Part shown: positions 1 to 8,774 of the stretch, one piece after another
Layout of the letters: each line of letters begins with the position of its first letter
Numbering within the stretch: position 1 is the stretch's first letter
Assembly (NCBI GenBank): GCA_965224465.1
Contig: OZ245049.1
Location: forward strand, 4,110,001-4,142,000
Source of the DNA: Flavobacteriaceae bacterium
Lineage (GTDB): Bacteria > Bacteroidota > Bacteroidia > Flavobacteriales > Flavobacteriaceae
Length of the DNA stretch: 32,000 nucleotides
Direction: 5' to 3'
Notes under the pieces: generated by a model
Told to the model about the DNA's origin: nothing
Database searches by the model: none
What the model saw: only the letters and a program-made list of their open reading frames with translations
Program-made: the position numbers and the translations under genes

Positions 1-169
1 TTTTTTTATACCTATGTTTTATGTGGATGCGTTTAGATATTGATTATATTAAACATTTTAGATGAACTTGTATTAATTTCGTTACAAATAGTGACTATGT
101 GGCTTATTTTAATTTATTTGCATAGCCTTTTTAAAAACCGTAAACTTACAAAAACTTAAATACAATTAT

Positions 170-1657
170 ATGGATCCAAAAATCGTTGAGAATAAAGAGT
201 TAAATATTTGGGAAGCATTAATTCCTATTGTTTTTTTAGTAGGAATGTTGGCATTTAACGTGTTAGCTGTTTATGGAGATGATGCACTGAATGGGTCTAA
301 CCAATTTGCCTTGCTTATTGGTGGAGCTGTTGCTGCTATTGTTGGGTTTTTTAATAAAGTTCCTTATCAGAAAATGATGGATGAAGTGGCAGATAACTTG
401 AGGTCTACTACAGGAGCTATTTTAATTTTACTTTTTGTCGGTGCTTTGGCTGGAACCTGGCTAATTAGCGGGGTGATACCATCTATGATTTATTATGGAT
501 TAAAAATTTTAAATCCAACGATATTTTTACCTGCAACCGTAATTATATGTGCTATAATTTCTATTGCTACGGGGAGTTCTTGGACTACTTCCGCAACTGT
601 AGGGATTGCATTGATAGGGATAGGTAAAGCCTTAGGGATTCCTTTGGGGATGGTGGCAGGAGCGGTGCTCTCGGGTGCTTATTTTGGAGATAAAATGTCT
701 CCTTTGTCCGATACTACAAATTTAGCTCCAGCCATGGCTGGGACAGATTTGTTTACTCATATTAGATATATGGTTTATACAACCGTACCTACTATTGTAG
801 TGACCTTGATTGTGTTTGTTGTTATAGGACTTAATTTAGATATTACAGGAACTATTAATAACGAAGCTATTTTGGCATCTATTGATGAAGCTTTTAATAT
901 CAATCCATGGTTGTTTTTGGTTCCTGCAGTAGTGATATTTTTGATTATTAAGAAAACAGAACCATTGGTAGCTCTATTGATAGGAACATTACTAGGAGGT
1001 GTTTTTGCTGTGATTTTTCAACCTGATATTGTATTGAAAGTTGCAGGAGCAGACACGATGACGTTTTCTTCGGCTTATAAAGGAATTATGAATGCCATTA
1101 CCATAGATACCGCTATCGAAACGAGCAATGCTGATTTAAACGATTTATTTGTAGCAGGAGGGATGAGTAAGATGATGAATACGATATGGTTAATTATCTG
1201 TGCCATGGTTTTTGGTGGCGTAATGGAGGCTATAGGTGCTTTGTCCAGAATTAGTAACTCCTTATTAAAAATGGCAGATTCTGTTTTTGGATTGTTTGCG
1301 AGTACAGTTGCCAGTTGTTTGGTGTTAAATGTAACGGCTTCAGATCAATATTTGGCAATTGTTATTCCTGGGAAAATGTTTCAAAAAGCGTATAAAGAAA
1401 AAGGATTGGCGCCAGAAAACCTAAGTAGAGCATTAGAAGATTCTGGTACCGTAACTTCTGTATTAGTGCCGTGGAATACCTGTGGAGCATACCAATCAGG
1501 AGTGTTAGGAGTATCTGTCTTTGACTATGCTTTGTATGCCGTTTTTAATTGGTTGAGTCCATTTATGACCTTGTTGTTTGCCGCATTTCATATTAAAATA
1601 AAAATGTTGGTAGATGATAAGAAAAAAGGAAAGAAACCTGTTCAACCAACGGATTAG
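170..1657 (+). CDS. nhaC: Na+/H+ antiporter, NhaC family
   Basis: 495-aa polytopic membrane ORF with many hydrophobic segments. Sequence pattern (GSSWTTSATVGIALIGIG, SPLSDTTNLAPA) fits my recollection of the NhaC family. Not verified by search. Confidence 0.8.
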   Translation: MDPKIVENKELNIWEALIPIVFLVGMLAFNVLAVYGDDALNGSNQFALLIGGAVAAIVGFFNKVPYQKMMDEVADNLRSTTGAILILLFVGALAGTWLISGVIPSMIYYGLKILNPTIFLPATVIICAIISIATGSSWTTSATVGIALIGIGKALGIPLGMVAGAVLSGAYFGDKMSPLSDTTNLAPAMAGTDLFTHIRYMVYTTVPTIVVTLIVFVVIGLNLDITGTINNEAILASIDEAFNINPWLFLVPAVVIFLIIKKTEPLVALLIGTLLGGVFAVIFQPDIVLKVAGADTMTFSSAYKGIMNAITIDTAIETSNADLNDLFVAGGMSKMMNTIWLIICAMVFGGVMEAIGALSRISNSLLKMADSVFGLFASTVASCLVLNVTASDQYLAIVIPGKMFQKAYKEKGLAPENLSRALEDSGTVTSVLVPWNTCGAYQSGVLGVSVFDYALYAVFNWLSPFMTLLFAAFHIKIKMLVDDKKKGKKPVQPTD

Positions 1658-1849
1658 GTTTTAAATTAAGACATCCCCCATTGAAATATGTTTATAAGAC
1701 AGTTCAAGTACGATTTTTTTAAATTTAGTACGCTTATTTTTTAGTGCTATTTATGAAAAGATGGTTGCATTATTCAATCTCTAATAGTTTTGTCAAGAGT
1801 GGAACGTATACAGTTCATACATCTTGGTCTATAAAAGAAAAATAAAACT

Positions 1850-2668
1850 ATGAATTGTAAAAATTGTAATCAAAAATTAAAGGAAAAAGACTTGTTTTGT
1901 GTAAGCTGTGGAGGGAAAATAGTAACAGCTAGAGTGTCCGTTAAAAAATTATGGATCGAGTTTTCGACAACTGTTTTAGGCTGGGATAATAAGTATTTTT
2001 TCACCTTGAGAATGATGCTGTTTCATCCCCGAAAAGTATTGGAAGAATACCTGTCAGGAACGCGTAAAAAATATGTAAATCCATTGACCTTTTTTGCTTT
2101 GAGTGCTGCGATAGCCTTAATTGTATTTAATGTTTTTGTAGAGGACTATGTAAAAATGGGGAGTTCTATAAATGAATATCAAGTAAAAAAAATCTATAAT
2201 TTTCAAAAAACATTAGAACCGGATGTCGATTTTGAGACGTATAGAAAAAAGGTGTTGCAAGAGAGTGAAAATGGAACAAGAGTTGTGATTAAATATTTCA
2301 ATTTATTTTCGTTTGTACTGTTGCCAATTTATACACTGTTATCATTCTTTGTTTTTTGGAAAAGAAATTTCTTCGGGGAACACTTGGTTGTCAATGCTTT
2401 TGTGCAGGGAACTACTTTTTGGTTTGCGATAGCAGCTTTTGGAGTGGCAATGCTGTTTAATATGCCGTCCGTATTCATGGCTTCAACAGGGTTTGTCATG
2501 TTGTTTTACCTGTACGTGTACGGAACCTTTTATAAACTTAAGATTGGAAAGGTACTCTTGTATTTATTAAAGTTTTTCGGAGTATTGCTCGTTTTTATTT
2601 TTGTTGCTATGCTGCTGCTAGTTATTGCTGGTTTTTTAATTAGATTTGCAAGGGATATGTTGATTTAG
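1850..2668 (+). CDS. DUF3667-like zinc-ribbon membrane protein
   Basis: N-terminal CxxC...CxxC zinc ribbon (CKNC..CVSC) followed by several TM helices. This architecture is typical of Bacteroidota DUF3667 proteins. Confidence 0.65.
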   Translation: MNCKNCNQKLKEKDLFCVSCGGKIVTARVSVKKLWIEFSTTVLGWDNKYFFTLRMMLFHPRKVLEEYLSGTRKKYVNPLTFFALSAAIALIVFNVFVEDYVKMGSSINEYQVKKIYNFQKTLEPDVDFETYRKKVLQESENGTRVVIKYFNLFSFVLLPIYTLLSFFVFWKRNFFGEHLVVNAFVQGTTFWFAIAAFGVAMLFNMPSVFMASTGFVMLFYLYVYGTFYKLKIGKVLLYLLKFFGVLLVFIFVAMLLLVIAGFLIRFARDMLI

Positions 2669-2771
2669 CGTAAATTAGGATTGTCTTTTGGTGTTTTTAT
2701 ATATAGACGATTAGCTGTTCTAAAACGAGTCTTTTCTTTTTTAGTTGTATTCCTTCCCTTTTAGAAAGGCG

Positions 2772-3095
2772 CTATAAATCATTTTTATATCGGGAGACCA
2801 TCTCTTCTTGAGATTCCGCAGGACTACTACCATTTAGTTGTTCTTTTAACATCGTAGCCATTGTAGGGAAATTACTGCGTTTTATTTTGGATTCTTCGTC
2901 CCATAATTTTGATCGCATAAAGGCTTTGGCACAATGCAAAAAGGATTCTTTAATATTTATGAGGATGCAGGTTTTTGGAACGTTTTTTTCGTTTGAAAAT
3001 AAATAATTGAATTCTGTTGTAATACCAAATATATCTCCAAGTGAAGGTTTAGAAATGGAATTATTTTTGAGTTTGTCTAAATCGAAGATACAGAT
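2772..3095 (-). pseudogene. Gene remnant or small ORF of unknown family
   Basis: A 107-codon stop-free frame on the minus strand in otherwise AT-rich intergenic DNA. It has no ATG until codon 60 (MRSKLWDEESKIKRSNFPTMATMLKEQLNGSSPAESQEEMVSRYKNDL, 48 aa, 2772..2918). Its upstream part reads through a partial X repeat (3021-3070). It was too short for the ORF track. Confidence 0.25.
3021..3070 (+). repeat. X element copy A (left-end fragment only)
   Basis: AATACCAAATATATCTCCAAGTGAAGGTTTAGAAATGGAATT is near-identical to 11232-11275 and 31939-31985, and to the reverse complement of 14095-14138. No matching right end lies nearby. Confidence 0.7.
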
Positions 3096-3160
3096 TTAAT
3101 AATAACGTAGTACCTGTAGTTATCCTTTCTTTGAGAAGCTACTGCATAGAGAGAATGAAT

Positions 3161-5128
3161 TTAAATAAACCAGTTCCAAACCAATCCAAAACGAATGGTC
3201 AAGTCACGATATGGATAATTAGGTGCTGAGTAATAATCGCGTCCTGTAAAACTCGCACTAAAATTTTCTACTTTAAAGAACAAACGTGTTCTGCGAATTT
3301 CTGCATTTATAAAGAAATCTAACATGGGGAATGCTCCAATTTTAGTGGCGTTTTGAATAGAAAACTCGCTGAGTAACGGATTGTAATTATCAGCATAGTA
3401 TTTGCTGAAATATTTAAAGGTAATTCCGGTTTGTAAGAACATAGGGTTGCCTTTAAAAACATAGTCAGAAAAATAAAGAGTATTTCTAGTCACAAAAGTA
3501 GGGACATTTAAAATGGCATCATTACTAATAACTTCTTGGTATAAAAAAGTATTGTCTAAGGTGAATTTTCCTACGGTAATGGCTTTATGTGCTTTTATTT
3601 TCAAGTAATTAATACTCCCATTGTATTGTGCTGCTACTTGGTTTTTGTTGAAATAAGTGTAATCATTAATCAAAGAATAGCTAGCCTTTACATCTACAAG
3701 AAGGTCTGAATTAAATTCAAATCCCAGTTGTTGTACCTTTTGATTGTCAAAATTATTGTGCCAATTGTAATTTTTATAATCACTATGTTGTAAAAGAAAG
3801 TTAAAATTAGGCGTCTTACTAGAACTCAAGGCAGTTGCTTTTACTTCATAGAGACTGTCTTTTTTATAACTTGCCACAGCTTTAAAATCATAACCTGTAA
3901 TCGCATCGGTTAATAGAGTCGTAGCTTTTGCTCTAAATTTGAATTTTTGAATATGTGTATCCCAGTCTGCTCCTACAGACAACGCATTGCCTTTAAGTCG
4001 GTTTGGAATGGTTTTGTCCGTCAAATACAAGATTTTATTGTAATGGTAATTGTAGTTGAAAAGATTGGCGGTAGCACGTAATTTACCTAAAACTAAGGGG
4101 GATTTCAATTCAGCATACGCCTGATTGTTCATTTGTTGATATTCGGTATGGTCGTGTATTTTATCTTCATAAGAATCGCCAAAATAGGTGCTCAGTGCTG
4201 CTGTTTGATTAAAGCGGTAATGTTGGGTTTCAAAAGTGAATTGATGTCCGATTTTTAAGCTTGTTTTCGCTTGAATACTGTCGTTCATATTCCCTAAGGT
4301 ATAGTGGTGGTCTAGATAATACCGTTTGCCTTCAAACATGTTATTGGCATCGGTAAAATTAACTTCCATACGTCCACGATCACTAAAGTTCTTGTCGTTA
4401 GTTTTAAAATACCCCATCGATTTCTGGGTCAAACCTCCGTTCTCATCATTGTAAAAATCATAAGAAACAATGTGACCACGAGCGGCATAATTCCCTTTTT
4501 TAGACTGGTAATTAAAAGTTCCTCTAAAATTTCCATGGCTTGTCAACGAGTTCCTGAAATAACCTAAAGAGCGTAATCCTTTGTATTGAATAGAGAAATT
4601 AAACTTTTTAGAAGTGTTTACGGTAAACAAGATGTCTAGCATTTGTCCTTGTTCCATTCCTGTTCTGTACATGACCTCTGTAGTAGCAGTTGGTACTTCA
4701 AAGTAATTGATAGCTGCTACAGGGATGTATTCAAATTGTTTGGCTTCTGCACCTAAACGGGGGTAAATACTACCCTCAGAAAAATCATGTCCTAGTTTTT
4801 GAAAGGTTTGTCCTTGGTTATTGAAAGCGATCAATTCAAAATTATCCTTTCTTAAAATATTGTGTTTGAACTCTTTTTTCAAAGTCAAAGTGGTATCAAT
4901 ATAGGTAGTATCGTTCTGAAAAGAAATGATTTTATAGTCGGTAAAATGAGTTTTCCCACTCAGAGAAACGGTAATTTCATCGTCACTTCCACGAATAGAG
5001 TCTTGGTATTTCTGAATCTCATCGTTAGAATATCCTCTATTTCGTAGCCCTTCTTTATCTATTTTGATTTGAGCATTTGCTGTAAGTAATGTACAGCATA
5101 TTAAAAAAGTACTAAGAAAAAATTTCAT
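3161..5128 (-). CDS. Outer-membrane beta-barrel, putative porin family
   Basis: Signal peptide MKFFLSTFLICCTLLTANAQ, a Tyr/Asn/Phe-rich beta-strand pattern, and a C-terminal ...GLVWNWFI typical of OM barrels. ATG 5128 is preferred over TTG 5155 because a perfect TAnnTTTG box overlaps the TTG. Confidence 0.6.
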   Translation of the reverse strand: MKFFLSTFLICCTLLTANAQIKIDKEGLRNRGYSNDEIQKYQDSIRGSDDEITVSLSGKTHFTDYKIISFQNDTTYIDTTLTLKKEFKHNILRKDNFELIAFNNQGQTFQKLGHDFSEGSIYPRLGAEAKQFEYIPVAAINYFEVPTATTEVMYRTGMEQGQMLDILFTVNTSKKFNFSIQYKGLRSLGYFRNSLTSHGNFRGTFNYQSKKGNYAARGHIVSYDFYNDENGGLTQKSMGYFKTNDKNFSDRGRMEVNFTDANNMFEGKRYYLDHHYTLGNMNDSIQAKTSLKIGHQFTFETQHYRFNQTAALSTYFGDSYEDKIHDHTEYQQMNNQAYAELKSPLVLGKLRATANLFNYNYHYNKILYLTDKTIPNRLKGNALSVGADWDTHIQKFKFRAKATTLLTDAITGYDFKAVASYKKDSLYEVKATALSSSKTPNFNFLLQHSDYKNYNWHNNFDNQKVQQLGFEFNSDLLVDVKASYSLINDYTYFNKNQVAAQYNGSINYLKIKAHKAITVGKFTLDNTFLYQEVISNDAILNVPTFVTRNTLYFSDYVFKGNPMFLQTGITFKYFSKYYADNYNPLLSEFSIQNATKIGAFPMLDFFINAEIRRTRLFFKVENFSASFTGRDYYSAPNYPYRDLTIRFGLVWNWFI

Positions 5129-5152
5129 TGATGTTAAAAATATAGTATTGGA

Positions 5153-5160
5153 CAAAGATA
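5153..5160 (-). promoter_or_regulatory. Candidate Bacteroidota -7 box (TATCTTTG) for the porin-like gene
   Basis: Perfect match to TAnnTTTG on the minus strand, 25 nt upstream of ATG 5128. The motif is short and expected by chance about once per 1.5 kb per strand. Confidence 0.35.
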
Positions 5161-5199
5161 AATTATTTGAACGATAATAAAAGGTTAAAATTGTAGCGA

Positions 5200-5207
5200 T
5201 ATATTTG
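5200..5207 (+). promoter_or_regulatory. Candidate -7 box (TATATTTG) for rnhB
   Basis: Perfect TAnnTTTG 81 nt upstream of ATG 5289. No well-spaced TTG -33 element was seen. Confidence 0.3.
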
Positions 5208-5288
5208 CGTTCTTTGCATCGTTATAATTCCAAGTGGTTTGAAGTCTTAATCTACACATCGCTTATTTTAAATACTGTTTATAAAATT

Positions 5289-5888
5289 ATGAGTCTGAAA
5301 TCTTTTTTTAAATTGAATTGTATTGAAGCAGGTACAGACGAGGCTGGACGTGGTTGTTTGGCAGGGCCTGTTGTGGCAGCAGCAGTAATTTTACCTGTTG
5401 ATTTTAAACATGAATTGTTGAACGACTCTAAAAAACTGACAGAAAAACAACGCAGTTTCTTAAGGCCTATTATAGAAAAACATGCCTTGGCTTGGGCAGT
5501 GGGATATGTATGGCAAGAAGAAATAGACGAAATTAATATTTTACAAGCTTCCATTTTGGCAATGCACAATGCTATAGATAAGCTCTCTTTGGTACCTGAA
5601 CACATTATTGTAGATGGAAATAAATTTAATCCATACAAAGAAATTCCGCATCAAACCATTATTAAAGGAGACGGTAAGTATTTAAGTATCGCGGCTGCTT
5701 CTGTATTGGCAAAAACATATAGAGATGATTATATGGAAAAAATACACCTAGATTTCCCATACTATGCATGGGATAAAAACAAAGGCTATCCTACAAAACT
5801 TCACAGGCAAGGAATTCGTGATCATGGCATCACCAAGCATCACAGAAAAACATTTCGATTGTTACCAGAGCAATTAAAATTATTTTAA
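5289..5888 (+). CDS. rnhB: Ribonuclease HII
   Basis: [25 protein letters not shown] and ASVLAK motifs of RNase HII. ATG 5289 (MSLKSFF...) gives the normal ~199 aa. The TTG 5205 extension in the ORF track is unlikely. Confidence 0.9.
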   Translation: MSLKSFFKLNCIEAGTDEAGRGCLAGPVVAAAVILPVDFKHELLNDSKKLTEKQRSFLRPIIEKHALAWAVGYVWQEEIDEINILQASILAMHNAIDKLSLVPEHIIVDGNKFNPYKEIPHQTIIKGDGKYLSIAAASVLAKTYRDDYMEKIHLDFPYYAWDKNKGYPTKLHRQGIRDHGITKHHRKTFRLLPEQLKLF

Positions 5889-5902
5889 CCCAGTCTCCGC
5901 TT

Positions 5903-5924
5903 CGCAAAGTCTCCCGACTTAGCG
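5903..5924 (+). other. GC-rich hairpin at the start of each array unit (U1 copy shown)
   Basis: CGCAAAGTC-tccc-GACTTAGCG forms a 9-bp stem with one A.A mismatch and a 4-nt loop. The surrounding 30 nt are about 60% G+C by my count, in an AT-rich window. It is present in all 11 units, and U10 has one stem substitution. Confidence 0.6.
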
Positions 5925-5959
5925 ACATTATATTGCTCACATTAGCAAAGAATAAAATA

Positions 5960-6119
5960 ATAAAAGAAGGTTGTGTTATACGAGATCAAGAAAAGATACA
6001 TTTTACAGCTACTGTAATGGATTGGATTGATGTGTTTACAAGGAAATCGTACAAAGATGTAATTATAGAAAGTTTAGAGTTTTGTGTTCATAAATAGGGG
6101 GATGATACTTTATGACTAT
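5960..6119 (+). pseudogene. N-terminal fragment of an IS200/RayT-like HUH Y1 transposase (U1 copy; the same segment lies at about offset +63..+222 of every unit)
   Basis: Translation (M/I)KEGCVIRDQEKIHF(I)TATV(V/M)DWIDVFTRKSYKDVIIESLEFCVHK*, then in the other frame NRGMILYDYV. This fits the beta1-R-helix-beta pattern that precedes the HUH motif in Bacteroidota Y1 transposases, as I remember them (..YF.TF.VV.WIDVFTR..Y.D....SL.YC...KGL.IYAY..M.NH.H). The fragment ends before HUH. The start codon is ATA in some units, or ATG with a 1-bp deletion in others. Confidence 0.55.
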
Positions 6120-7462
6120 GTAAAACAAACAATTTATATCGGTCATTTTGGATTGTAATTGTCCCGCTTCGCAAAGTCTCCCGACTTAGCGACATTATAT
6201 TGCTCACATTAGCAAAGAATAAAATAATGAAAGAGGTTGTATTATACGAGATCAAGAAAAGATACATTTTACAGCTACTGTAGTGGATTAGGCTGATGTG
6301 TTTACAAGGAAATCGTACAAAGATGTAATTATAGAAAGTTTAGAGTTTTGTATTCAAAAATAGGGAAATGATACTTTATGGCTATGTAAAGCAAACTATT
6401 TATATCTGTCATTTTGGATTGTAATTGCTCCGCTTCGCAAAGTCTCCCGACTTAGCGACATTATATTGCTCACATTAGCAAAGAATAAAATAATAAAAGA
6501 AGGTTGTGTTATACGAGATCAAGAAAAGATACATTTTATTACAGCCACTGTAGTGGATTGGATTGATGTGTTTACAAGGAAATCGTACAAAGATGTAATT
6601 ATAGAAAGTTTAGAGTTTTGTGTTCATAAATAGGAGAATGATACTTTATGACTATGTAAAACGAACTATTTATATCGGTCATTTTGGATTGTAATTGCTC
6701 CGCTTCGCAAAGTCTCCCGACTTAGCGACATTATATTGCTCACATTAGCAAAGAATAAAATAATAAAAGAAGGTTGTGTTATACGAGATCAAGAAAAGAT
6801 ACATTTTATTACAGCCACTGTAGTGGATTGGATTGATGTGTTTACAAGGAAATCGTACAAAGATGTAATTATAGAAAGTTTAGAGTTTTGTGTTCATAAA
6901 TAGGGGAATGATACTTTATGACTATGTAAAACGAACTATTTATATCGGTCATTTTGGATTGTAATTGCTCCGCTTCGCAAAGTCTCCCGACTTAGCGTCA
7001 TTATATTGCTCACATTAGCAAAGAATAAAATAATAAAAGAAGGTTGTATTATACGAGATAAAGAAAAGATACATTTTATTACAGTCACTGTAGTGGATTG
7101 GATTGATGTGTTTACAAGGAAATCGTACAAAGATGTAATTATAGAAAGTTTAGAGTTTTGTGTTCATAAATAGGGGAATGATACTTTATGGCTATGTAAA
7201 ACAAACCCGCTTCGCAAAGTCTCCCGACTTAGCGACATTATATTGCTCACATTAGCAAAGAATAAAATAATGAAAGAGGTTGTATTATACGAGATCAAGA
7301 AAAGATACATTTTACAGCTACTGTAATGGATTGGATTGATGTGTTTACAAGGAAATCGTACAAAGATGTAATTATAGAAAGTTTAGAGTTTCGTATTCAT
7401 AAATAGGGGAATGATACTTTAGGTTGTGTAATTTAAACTCTGTCTGCTTATTTTTTTCTACG

Positions 7463-7522
7463 TTTTAAAATAGTTCGATTTTCTCTTCATAAGGCTGCTT
7501 TAAAAATCGAACTATTTTAAAA
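7463..7522. repeat. Perfect 20-bp inverted repeat inside the IS256 element
   Basis: TTTTAAAATAGTTCGATTTT (7463-7482) and AAAATCGAACTATTTTAAAA (7503-7522) are separated by 20 nt. The pair lies between the transposase stop (7542) and the IS end. Confidence 0.8.
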
Positions 7523-7541
7523 TGAGCCCTAGCGGCTAGCG

Positions 7542-8774
7542 TCACGAATTGCTTCCGTTTTTATGTAAATCCAACGTTATTCGATCTTCAAATTTAATAT
7601 ATAATTGTTGAATTGTCAAGCACCAATTATGTAAAGGGTTTGTCCATTTTTTTTCGATATTTTTTGTTGCTAAGTAAACAAGCTTCAATAGTGCCATATC
7701 ACTGGTAAAAGCCCCTTTTGTTTTAGTTACTTTTCTTACCTGTCTATGAAAACCTTCTACTGCATTTGTTGTGTAAATTATTTTTCTGATAGGTTCTGTA
7801 TACTGAAAAAACTGAGATAACTCTTCCCAATTACGGTTCCAACTTTCTAAAACTACAGGGTATTTTTCTCCCCATTTTTCTTCTAATTTCAATAACTCCA
7901 ACTCAGCAATATCTTTATTAACAGCCTTGTAAACAAGCTTTAAATCTCGAATAAATTCTTTTTGGTCTTTGGAAGCTATATACTTTAAAGAATTACGAAT
8001 TTGATGAACAATACACTTTTGAATTTGTGTTTTAGGAAAGACACTCAAGATAGCTTCTGAAAACCCTTTTAAGTTGTCTGTACAGGCAATTAGGATATCC
8101 TTAAGCCCTCTGTTATTAAGGTCTGTCAATACTTGAAGCCAAAAATTTGCACCTTCACTTTCTGAAATATACATTCCTAAAACCTCTTTGATCCCTTCTT
8201 TATTTACTCCTAAAACATTGTAAAGTGCTTTGTGTTGTATTTTACCGTCTACTTTTACCTTGTAATGCATAGCGTCAAGCCAAACAATGCAGTACATCTG
8301 TTCTATTGGACGACTTTGCCATTGTTTTATATCTGGTATGATCTTATCTGTAATTTGACTTAAAACAGTGTGTGATATATCTGTATCATACATCTCTTTT
8401 ATATGACCAGAAATATCGCGTAAGCTCATTCCTAGTCCATATAATCCAATGATCTTATCTGATAAATTATCTGCTAAAATGGTTTGACGCTTTTTTATCA
8501 GAACAGGCTCGAAACTACTATTTCTATCCGCTGGCGTGCTTATTTCAAAACTACCAATACTAGTTTTAACAGTCTTTTTGCCCTTTCCGTTACGTTTATT
8601 CCCTTTAGAACGTTCCTCTTCACTAAGGTGTGATTCCATTTCTGCTTCCAATGCTTTCTCAAGAAATTGTTTCATTAAAGGAGCAAAGGCACCTTCTTTT
8701 CCGAATAAACTTTTTCCTGATAATAATTGATCCAATGCCTTTTTTTCAATGTTGGCTAACTCGTCTTTTGTCAT
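7542..8774 (-). CDS. IS256-family (Mutator-like) transposase
   Basis: 410-aa ORF with the characteristic IS256 layout and motifs (...WLDAMHYKV..., ...ACTDNLKGF..., ...YTTNAVEGFHRQVRKVTK...). Confidence 0.92.
   Translation of the reverse strand: MTKDELANIEKKALDQLLSGKSLFGKEGAFAPLMKQFLEKALEAEMESHLSEEERSKGNKRNGKGKKTVKTSIGSFEISTPADRNSSFEPVLIKKRQTILADNLSDKIIGLYGLGMSLRDISGHIKEMYDTDISHTVLSQITDKIIPDIKQWQSRPIEQMYCIVWLDAMHYKVKVDGKIQHKALYNVLGVNKEGIKEVLGMYISESEGANFWLQVLTDLNNRGLKDILIACTDNLKGFSEAILSVFPKTQIQKCIVHQIRNSLKYIASKDQKEFIRDLKLVYKAVNKDIAELELLKLEEKWGEKYPVVLESWNRNWEELSQFFQYTEPIRKIIYTTNAVEGFHRQVRKVTKTKGAFTSDMALLKLVYLATKNIEKKWTNPLHNWCLTIQQLYIKFEDRITLDLHKNGSNS

Larger units (their letters stand above)
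5897..7421 (+). repeat. Tandem array, left block (units U1-U5 plus the first 215 bp of U6)
   Basis: Head-to-tail units start with CCGCTTCGCAAAGTCTCCCGACTTAGCG at 5897, 6164, 6430, 6700, 6970 and 7207, with lengths 267, 266, 270, 270 and 237 bp. There are no spacers. The block starts 8 nt after the rnhB stop and is cut at 7421 by the IS256 insertion. Confidence 0.97.

Noticed and set aside
5129-5288. TTG-initiated extensions of the porin-like gene (to 5155), rnhB (from 5205) and the GIN lipoprotein (to 16763)
   Set aside because: In each case an internal ATG yields a normal N-terminus, namely a signal peptide, a lipobox or the RNase HII start. The extensions also overlap candidate promoter boxes or a neighbouring gene.
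4862-5638. Small opposite-strand ORFs 4862..5047 and 5279..5638
   Set aside because: They are embedded antisense in the porin-like and rnhB genes and lack any supporting features.
6936-7130. Minus-strand ORFs inside the array (6936..7130 and 10815..11006, 63-64 aa)
   Set aside because: They are antisense to the transposase fragment. Their starts and frames are not conserved between units, and other units carry stops in the same frame, so they exist only where unit junctions happen to stay open. I briefly compared the LSRETLRSG segment with four-helix-bundle (23S IVS) proteins. The match is only ~8 residues and the context does not fit.
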